Translations under genes and position numbers: made by a program
Source of the DNA: Macrostomum lignano
Lineage: Eukaryota
DNA length: 64,000 nt
Assembly (NCBI GenBank): GCA_002269645.1
Contig: NIVC01000672.1
Location: 419,029 to 483,028, forward strand
Direction: 5' to 3'
The notes under the pieces: generated by a model
What the model was told of the DNA's origin: nothing
The model's input: the letters and a program-made list of their open reading frames with translations, nothing else
The model's database searches: none
Shown here: positions 44,725 to 64,000 of the stretch, one piece after another
Numbering within the stretch: position 1 is the first letter of the stretch
How the letters are laid out: each line of letters starts with the position of its first letter

Positions 44725-45723
44725 TGTAGTGAGCCGCTAGTTTATTGTTAGGCGTCGCCCTTGTCAGCCGCTCCCTTGCCCTCCCTTTGGGTTGCTGTCT
44801 GCCGCTGGTCAGCTTCCCGTCCCTTTTTCGTTTGCCTGTTGCCCCCCCGTGTCCCTTTCCGCCCTGTTGCGTCTCCGTTCTCAGCCCTCAGTCTCTCGAC
44901 TGTGGGCTGTCGCTGTTTCGCTTCCATCCTGTTTTCCTCTGTCATGTGAGCAAGTCACATGACAGCTCTTGCGTTCTTTGAGTCTTAAAGTGCAGTAAAC
45001 ATGTTTACTGCACTCGTTGGCCCTGTTTACCGGGTGAGTCACATGCTTTCGGACCCCTCCCTTTTCTAAGGAGAGGAGTGACTCATGTTGCTAAAAATAG
45101 CAACTGAGTCACAGCCATGTGTACTCTGCCGGGGACCCTCAAGTGACGTCAGTTCTAAAAATAGAACAAGTCACGAGGTCTTCCGCGCGCTTGTACCCTG
45201 CCTGAGACTCTCGAGTGACGTCAGTTCTAAAAATAGAACAAGTCACGAGGTCTGGAGCGTGGGAATTTCCCGGCTATAAATAGGAGCCCTCTCCCCCTTG
45301 TTTCCGTCAAGGAGTCTTCCTTCTGTTCAACCTCGAGTTCTACGTCCGCGTGTGACTGAGTCCGAGTGTCCGAATCTTTGCGCACATTGATTCTGTTCCT
45401 ATTGCTCCGACTGAGACCTGACCAAAACCAACCCAAGTTTACGAGAGGCTAACTCCGCCCTCCCTGTACCATCCAAGCCCGGCAGGTGCTGCTGACGAGA
45501 CGCCTTATACGTGAGCTGCAAATCTGCACGTCGTGCTGTGTTCGTTGACTTCATTATTTCGTTCCGACGGGAAGCTCACCTCACCGAAGGCCGAGACCTG
45601 AAGGAACTGGTGGCAGCACTACCTACGCTACTGAGAAAGTTGAGAGAACTTCCCACTGAAGAGGCCCGAGTCTGAAGGTAATCCGCAAGGGCCGAAACCG
45701 GGAAGAAACCCCATTGTACTTCA
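44725..45723 (+). repeat. 3' LTR (999 bp)
   Basis: Near-identical to 35313-36311. Confidence 0.97.
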
Positions 45724-46276
45724 TATATATTCGAGTATGATTGGAATTTAGAGTTTTATATAAAAGGTATAAAAAGTAAAAAAGTTTGGTTTCCGCCACT
45801 GACGCTTGAAGGGGTGCCCAATCGCCCAGCTGACGCCCTGAAGCATATTTGGAATCTAAAGTTTTTTTCTACTTCTATTTGCATAGATATTTTAAACTAT
45901 TTTTCTAGTATGCTGGGAGTGATGAGGCGTCTGGGGATGCTGGAAGTGATGAGATGAATGGGGATGCTGGGAGTGATACTATGAAGATATAACATTGGTG
46001 AAGGCCAAGTGAATGAGCTGAACGGCTGCGAAGCAGGGTGTGGCTCACAATATTATATCTTCATACTACTCAGCTGTTTCAGACTGCAATTAGAGTTCAG
46101 CAAAGTGCACACACACACGTGTAAACCTCTGGAACCCATGGCCCACCTCACTGTCGCATGACAATAAGAGTGCAACTGGCCGCTGGGCGGCCCGCCTCGT
46201 TGGGCTTAGGCTAAAACGGGGTTGGTGCACCCACTCCGAAAAATTCACGAGGTAATCAAACAACACCCTGCCCCAG

Positions 46277-46499
46277 GGGGCGCTTCATAAGACCTAAATT
46301 TCAAAACGCCTAAATTTCAAAACGCCTAAAATCGAAAATGCAGCTCCCTTCACAACGCTTAAATTTCATATCGCCTAAATTTCACACCTAAAACTGAATG
46401 TGAAGGAGAAAAGCAAAGATTTTAGGAATTTTGAAATTTAGGCGTGTGAAGTGTGGTGGTTTTAGGCGTTGTGAAATTTAGGTCTCATGAAAGCGTCCC
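46277..46499. mobile_element. ~220-bp MITE-like element with imperfect ~38-bp terminal inverted repeats
   Basis: Left ggggcgcttcataagacctaaatttcaaaacgcctaaa versus the reverse complement of the right end, gggacgctttcatgagacctaaatttcacaacgcctaaa. Internal cgcctaaatttca repeats. Confidence 0.6.
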
Positions 46500-48356
46500 G
46501 CCCCCAGACGCGGTTGTGCCCGGCACTAACAAACCGACTACAGAATAATATTTTCCGCTTAGGCGCAGTTCAGACCACAAATTCTATGTTCCTTGATTTA
46601 TCACTCCAGCTGCATTGTCTAGCAATTTGACTATCATTATTCACATTTTTAGGCAGAAAAATACATAATTACTACAAACATTGCATTGTTTGCAGTCTCA
46701 AGCAGCATAACAATGGATAAATAACGGTGCGAGCCATAGACAAATCGTTGTCACGTGCTGCGACCGCTGATTCTTTGCATTGTTTTTCTGTTTGACGATC
46801 CTAAAAACAATGCATTGTTTGTAGCAATGTATTGCTCTGCATAAAAAATGCAAATAATGATCGTCAAATTGCTAAACAATGCCAAGAATCAGCGGACGCA
46901 GCACGTGACAACAACAACTGGGACCGCTGATTATTTATCCATTGGCTAATGTATTTAGCGGCCGTCTCCGAGGCCTCAAAAACACTGCATGGGGTTCGGT
47001 CCACAGACACTTGCTGCTGCTGCTGCTGCGGCAGAGGAGCGGCCATGTAAGTCAGATTCTAATAATGGATGAATAAAACCATGGATTGCTTGTGTGCCTT
47101 TAATTTGGGGGGGGGGGGTGAAATGTTGCAATTTTGAATAAAAATGAGGCAGGGAATGTGTGAAGAGAATTACCACTTCAAAATCATTTTCAAGAGCCGT
47201 TTTTCTCTGATTTTTACTGGTTCTATTGGCAATCGACCCACGAATAATATCTTCTTCGCGAGGAGCTGTCGCACAGACACGGCCTAAGGACTACTCAAGT
47301 AGGACTAACTCTTGCATAAGTAGTCCTCGAGACGCCCTGCAGATGTTAAATCGTTTGTATTTATGACAGACTCTGATGTACTTTACGTAGCACTCGTAGA
47401 TCAATAGGTATCGGTGAGAGCGCTGCAGGACTGGATGATCGGCCCATTCGAACTGCGGAACCGCACCCGTGCCGATATTTTCCAGCTCTCACCAGGAGCT
47501 TCGCTACCCTGTGCCAAAGTACGAGAATCTTGACTCTTAAAAGGAGCTCACACAAAGTACTTGTTTGATGCCGGCGCAAATCCTCGATCTGTTTCAGCTT
47601 TGTCGAGCCTAATAACCAGTCTGTGCATCTTTGACAGGATGAACTGAAGTTGTGCACGATTCGGCCGAACAGATTCCAGCTGCATGATTGAGAAATTACC
47701 AGCTATGGACTCAATTGACAGCTTCCAATGGTTTACCATGAATCAGCACAGCAGTTTGCAACGGCTTTACCACAGACAACTTCCTTAAGACAACTTAAGG
47801 AATCTTCAGTAGCCAATCGGTGCGAACGGTGCTTCTCGGAGCAAAATTGCACCCCCATATTGAAGGCAGACGATCAAATAGCTCCATTCATTCATGATGA
47901 ATGAACTGGACAGATTGGAATTTTAGGAACAAGTTTTGGATTGGAACATTGGACCCACCCGCTTGACAAGCGAATTATATGAATTTTTTGTAAATTAGGT
48001 AATCGTTTTTTTAATTAAATAGACCTGCGGAGAACATACTGGCTGTCAAATACTTCAATAGATTCGAAATTCGACCAAGCTAAGCTACTGGACCTGAACG
48101 CTAGCAGCCTTTCGTGCGTGCGTTCTCGTGCGCAAATCCCAAACGCCATCGTTTTAAAAACAAAAATGCTAAAAATTGTCAACAACCAATGCAAAATTTC
48201 TGAATTGCAAAAGCACAGATTAGCGGGAGAAAGAGCTGTTTATTTATAAATTATTGCAGCTGCCACCAGCAAGAGCAGGCGGCCAAAGTGCAGCGTGCGC
48301 GTCAGGGTGAACAGGAAATGCTCAAGTGTAAATGTTTGCGCTGGTGCGTGGCCTCA

Positions 48357-48537
48357 GACAGACAGACTGATAGACAGACAGACAGACAGACAGGCAGACA
48401 GACAGACAGATAGCCCTAAGACAGACAGACAGATAGCCCTAAGACAGACAGACAGATAGCCCTAAGACAGACAGACAGATAGCCCTAAGACAGACAGACA
48501 GATAGACAGACAGACAGACAGACAGACACAGACACTA

Positions 48538-48574
<37 letters not shown>

Positions 48575-48577
48575 CTA

Positions 48578-48615
<38 letters not shown>

Positions 48616-48649
48616 TCAGACAAGCAGACAGACAGACAGACAGACAGAC

Positions 48650-48692
<43 letters not shown>

Positions 48693-48771
48693 GTCAGACA
48701 GACAGACAGACAGACAAGCAGACAGACAGACAAGCAGACAGACAGACAAGCAGACAGACAGACAGACAGTC

Positions 48772-48804
<33 letters not shown>

Positions 48805-48825
48805 CAGACAGACAGACAGACAGAC

Positions 48826-48900
<75 letters not shown>

Positions 48901-48954
48901 GACAGACAGACAGACAGACAGACAAGCAGACAGACAAGCAGACAGACAGACAGT

Positions 48955-48986
<32 letters not shown>

Positions 48987-49003
48987 CAGACAGACAGACA
49001 AGC

Positions 49004-49040
<37 letters not shown>

Positions 49041-49065
49041 CAGACAGACAGACAGACAGACAGAC

Positions 49066-49112
<47 letters not shown>

Positions 49113-49127
49113 CAGACAGACACAGAC

Positions 49128-49162
<35 letters not shown>

Positions 49163-49261
49163 GTCAGACAGACAGACAGACAGACAAGCAGACAGACAGA
49201 CAGACAGACAGACAGACAGTCAGACAGACAGACAGACAGACAAGCAGACAGACAGACAAGC

Positions 49262-49336
<75 letters not shown>

Positions 49337-49441
49337 CAGACAGACAGACAGACAGACAGACAAGCAGACAGACAGACAGACAGACAGACAAGCAGACAGA
49401 CAGACAGACAGACAGACAAGCAGACAGACAGACAGACAGTC

Positions 49442-49484
<43 letters not shown>

Positions 49485-49514
49485 CAGACAGACAGACAGA
49501 CAGTCAGACAGACA
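48357..49514. repeat. (GACA)n microsatellite (~1.15 kb)
   Basis: Directly visible. It is the source of the SVCL-repeat ORFs. Confidence 0.98.
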
Positions 49515-50135
49515 GTGACGCATCAAGGTCAACAGAAAATGCTTAAGCGTAAAAAGATACTCGTAGGCCCAGCTCGAGACAAGCAGCTGGCTGGAGACTC
49601 AGACGATTACGGAAAATGGAGCACCGCGGTCAAATGCATTTGTGGTGAAAACTAACCGCACCGTCATATGCTACTCATAGACTGCGGTATGCCTGGATCA
49701 TGCTGCTCACAGAAGATATCAGCTATTCATCTATCAAATAGCTTGTCAGCATTGGATAGTGCTGATATACCAACTTGAATTTGACACTTGTATCACTCAC
49801 TACCTGCATCAGATTGCACCCACGCATGCATACTACTAATACTAGTAGTAAAATTTGAATTGAAAAAACAGCAAATAAAAAATCGATTGAAATTTAATTG
49901 CGTATTGTGCAAATTTTGCATACAATAAAAAATAAATCAGAGAGGAAACAAGATCAGAGTGCAAAGAATGCAAAATCATTTTTAATCCTATTTTGACAGC
50001 GCATGTACATTGTAGCATTGCAGACGCCAATCAGACTGCTTACAGAGCTGTAGCAGCCAGTAGTAGGATGTGAATACTGAATCGTACCGCATGTTCGTCA
50101 GTGGAAAGCAGAAACAATTGGAGCTGGTCAGCGGC

Positions 50136-60665
<10,530 letters not shown>

Positions 60666-60667
60666 CT

Positions 60668-60929
60668 GCAAGCTAATGGCGACTCAGCTAGTGCAAGCTA
60701 ATGGCGACTCAGCTAGTGCAAGCTAATGGCGACTCAGCTAGTACAAGCTAATGGCAACTCTACCAATACAAGCTAATGGCAACTCTACCAATACAAGCTA
60801 ATGGCAACTCTACCAATACAAGCTAATGGCAACTCTACCAATACAAGCTAATGGCAACTCTACCAATACAAGCTAATGGCAACTCTATCAATACAAGCTA
60901 ATGGCAACTCTACCAATACAAGCTAATGG
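60668..60929. repeat. 25-bp minisatellite (caagctaatggcaactctaccaata) abutting the first mapped POLQ acceptor
   Basis: Directly visible, with two sub-blocks. Confidence 0.93.
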
Positions 60930-61344
60930 GCTGACACTTCACCCACTTTGGAAAGCTAAAAACTCCGGACTAAACGCAACCCTAAAAAAGCCAAGCAAAG
61001 ACTGCAGCAATTCTGAAATATTAATAAATAATTATATTTCAAAATACCGCAAAATTTAGCGCTGCAAAAGCAGAAAAGCACAACAAGCCATCAGAGCGAC
61101 GTGTCTGCTAGTAAAAAAAAACTATCGAAGCAGACACGCAGCTTCCTGACCTTCCGTTTGGAAAGAAAGCACCTCAGCCACCTGAATCTCAACGAAATAT
61201 TAATAAATAACCTTGGGGAAAAACACAGAAAAAAAGAAAAAATAACAAATGCAAACAAGCTGAACATTGCAGAAACTGAAGCCCGAAAACAAAGTAAAAC
61301 AAACGCTGGTCAAAAATCATGCTGTGCTGAGCTGGTTCAGACTC

Positions 61345-63019
61345 TCAAAAACGACGACCGCTGTCTTTGCGATGCTTGGCCTGGAGGTCCCGGACAGCCG
61401 CGGCTTTGCGGCCGGAGCCTCCTGGACCCGCCTGCTGCTGTCCGCGCCCACGCCGACCCTGGCCGCTCGGTCTCGGATTGCGGCGAGCGCGGCTCGGGCC
61501 GGCAGCCCCCTGCTCCCGATGACCGCGGCCGGCCGTGGCTGGAAGACCCCGGCCCAACGTCTTCAGAGCACGAATATGGGCGCCCTTAGCCTTCAGCTCG
61601 TCATAGCGATCCAGTTGAGCATGCTTTTTATTGCGACGATCGACCGAAAACAGTCCACGCTTGCGCTGGCTCTTCGAGGACGCTTCTTAAGACCACGACG
61701 GCCCAACAATGAGTTCTGCCCACGCTCGTGCGCTTTGTCAAACCAAGCTCACGCTCGAGCTCAAGGCCTGGCGAACGACGGTTACGGCTAGTCATCGGCT
61801 CAAGCCGCTCGAGCTCAAGGCGGTCGGACGGACGACGGTCTCTGCTAGTCATTGGCTCAAGCCGCTCGAGCTCAAGGCGGTCGGACGGACGACGGTCTCT
61901 GCTAGTCATTGGCTCAAGCCGCTCAAGCTCTAGGAGGCCTGGGAAACGATGGTTACGGCTCGTCATCGGCTCAAAAGTAGGATTGCGCCAGTTCATCGCA
62001 AGTGGCTCCTGCTCACTACGGTCCCGGTGCCTAGTTGCACCGGGTGCGCGCTCATAACGCCCTATCGCTCCAAGTCCTTGCTCTCGGTGACCTACAGCGC
62101 CGAGTCCATGCTCACGGTGACCTAGAGTACCAAATCCATGCTCTCGGTGACCTATAGCGCCGAGTCCATGCTCACGGTGACCTATAGCGCCGAGTCCATG
62201 CTCACGGTGACCCACAGCGCCGAGTCCATGCTCACGGTGACCCACAGCGCCGAGTCCATGCTCACGGTGACCCACAGCGCCGAGTCCATGCTCACGGTGA
62301 CCACAGCGCCGAGTCCATGCTCACGGTGACCCACAGCGCCGAGTCCATGCTCACGGTGACCTACAGCGCCGAGACCATGCTCACGGTGACCCACAGCGCC
62401 GAGTCCATGCTCACGGTGACCCACAGCGCCGAGTCCATGCTCACGGTGACCCACAGCGCCGAGTCCATGCTCACGGTGACCCACAGCGCCGAGTCCATGC
62501 TCACGGTGACCTATAGCGCCGAGTCCATGCTCACGGTGACCCACAGCGCCGAGTCCATGCTCACGGTGACCACAGCGCCGAGTCCACGCTCTCGGTGACC
62601 TAGAGTACAAATGCACGCTGACGGTCTCCCATTGCACCGAACCGATAGTTGTTGCGGCGTTGCGCCATAGCAGCAAAATCTGGCCCATAAACAGCCCGAT
62701 TCAAAGGCTTATCAACCCAGTCAAGACTGCGAATGATGCCGGTCAACTTTTTCTTGTCTAATATACTTTCCTTGTCTCTGCGAGCGAGCATTCTATCGAC
62801 AGCTGACAGCGTCATGCTTTCGTTGAGGCTGCTATCGCTTGACTCGAGGCCGCTCTCGCAGTCACGGCTTATCAGGCTGTCACTGAGCAGTGTTTCCTGG
62901 CCCCGACTGGCAGATGAGGCCACGCCAGACTCCGAGTAGCCGCCAAAAAGGCGAGGCGAGAGATGGCGGTAGCGGGCTAACGGACTGCGCTGGCGATGCA
63001 TCGCGTGAGCGGGAAGCAT
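61345..63019 (-). CDS. Unidentified repeat-rich protein (GHREHGLGAV x ~18; LELERLEPMTSRDRRPSDR x ~4), frameshifted in this assembly
   Basis: ORFs 62600..63055, 62182..62688, 61628..62275 and 61345..61557 can be chained by small frame changes, several at clear single-base losses inside the 30-bp repeat. GHREQG recurs in the last piece. No family recognised. Confidence 0.45.
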
Positions 63020-63609
63020 GAAAAAATTGATGAGCTCTCTGTAATACAACTCCACGTTTAATCAACGCCAACTATAAAACCCTGATCCCGCACACAAGCT
63101 TGGGATTTACAATGCACACAAAAGCCTCTAAAACTACCGACCTTACACAAGCTAGAATTAAAAAATAACTGAACACGAAAGACTGCCGCGATTTTCACAA
63201 GCTCGCAGATGTACAAATGCAGCTGCGCCACGGGCGAGCTCAAACTCGCGCGGGAATCCCGCGGCGCACTCGCAAATTGATCTGTTCTTCTTCAAGGGTC
63301 TCTTTTTTGAGTCAGCTTTCTTCTCTGCCAAAGACCAACAATTTGGTATTTATTTATTTGCAAATACAGCGCAACACAATGACAAGCAACTGCACAGAGT
63401 AATAAATCATTTTAGCTAGCAAGGTGGCCAAGCCCTTTAAAGCAATTTTCAAATTTAAAACCACCTTTACTACTTTCGAGTAGTTCCCTTCACCCAGGCC
63501 ACCCCGCTGCCAGTGCAGGGCCATCGCAGTACCGTACACAGTTGACAACAATTGGAAATGCCAGGCCGCCCATAAAAACCCGGAGACGCGGGGCTCCCCC
63601 CCCCCCCGC

Positions 63610-64000
63610 TCAAGCCTCCTCGTCATCATCGACTTCCTCGTCACCGCTCGCCATTTCCGCGTCGTCGTCACTGCTGCCGCCATCGTCGGGATCGTCGTCA
63701 AGCAGCTCGGGCACAAAGTAGGACAGGCCGTCGTCCAGCACGGTGGAGGTCAGGCGCACCCTGCCGGGGGCTTCGGCGGCGGCCTTGGCCGCAGTCTCGC
63801 TGAGAAGGTCGTCGGTAAGCCGGCCGCCGCCGCCTTGTCCCAGCAGGCGACGGCCGCACCCGGAACTCGGCCATCTGGTACTGGCACAGCTTCAGCACCT
63901 CGCACTGCTCCGGGTGAGGCGGCGACCCCGCCCGGCAGACCAGATGCGGCCGCTCCAGGTGGATGACACTTTGACCAGGCGCACAGGCAGGCCCAGCTTC
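63610..64000 (-). CDS. MRTO4: mRNA turnover 4 homolog (ribosome assembly factor Mrt4), 3' coding part, with apparent frameshifts
   Basis: Stitched translation KLGLPVRLVK...HLVCRAGRRLT-PEQCEVLKLCQYQMAEFRVRPVACWDK, then an acidic tail DDDPDDGGSSDDDAEMASGDEEVDDDEEA* (TGA 63612-63610). It matches the Mrt4 C-terminus as I recall it (LGLPT.L..G...VCKEGD.LTPEQARVLKL.GY.MAEFKV...W). Confidence 0.82.

Larger units (their letters stand above)
35313..45723 (+). mobile_element. Ty3/Gypsy LTR retrotransposon, 10.4 kb, intact ends, 4-bp TATA target-site duplication
   Basis: TG...CA LTRs at 35313-36311 and 44725-45723; TATA at 35309-35312 and 45724-45727. Domain order gag-PR-RT-RH-IN. Confidence 0.97.

Noticed and set aside
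47200-47850. Small hairpins (e.g. ttccttaag-acaa-cttaaggaa at 47781) as a Helitron end or terminator
   Set aside because: No CTRR terminus or matching 5' TC end, and bacterial-type terminators are irrelevant here.
48462-49483. SVCL-repeat ORFs
   Set aside because: Translation of (GACA)n.
61267-61791. Plus-strand ORF with a hydrophobic stretch
   Set aside because: No recognisable family, and it overlaps the better-supported minus-strand repeat protein.

Overview
Eukaryotic (animal) genomic DNA with GC-rich exons, AT-rich spacers and a different micro/minisatellite in almost every intron. The style suggests a Macrostomum-like flatworm long-read assembly (inference only). From left to right: the last two exons of a DSTYK kinase (+); a satellite-rich spacer; a ~26-kb minus-strand caspase cluster (7582-33774); an intact-ended 10.4-kb Ty3/Gypsy LTR element (35313-45723, TATA target duplication); an 11-exon DNA polymerase theta gene (-); an unidentified repeat-rich ORF (-); and the 3' exon of MRTO4 (-). 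The main result is that the four apparent caspase ORFs splice in frame, through GT-AG introns found by hand, into two ~910-960+ aa single-chain proteins. Each has a catalytically dead pseudo-caspase fused upstream of a His/Cys-intact caspase, with two further, more degenerate caspase-like modules possibly interleaved. They are preceded by an array of frame-preserving phase-1 microexons. One of the two genes is split by a full-length RNase H-bearing LINE (15-bp TSD), and the cluster also holds a decayed Tc1/IS630 transposon and a truncated third copy. Many single-base frameshifts in GC-rich genes look like consensus errors.
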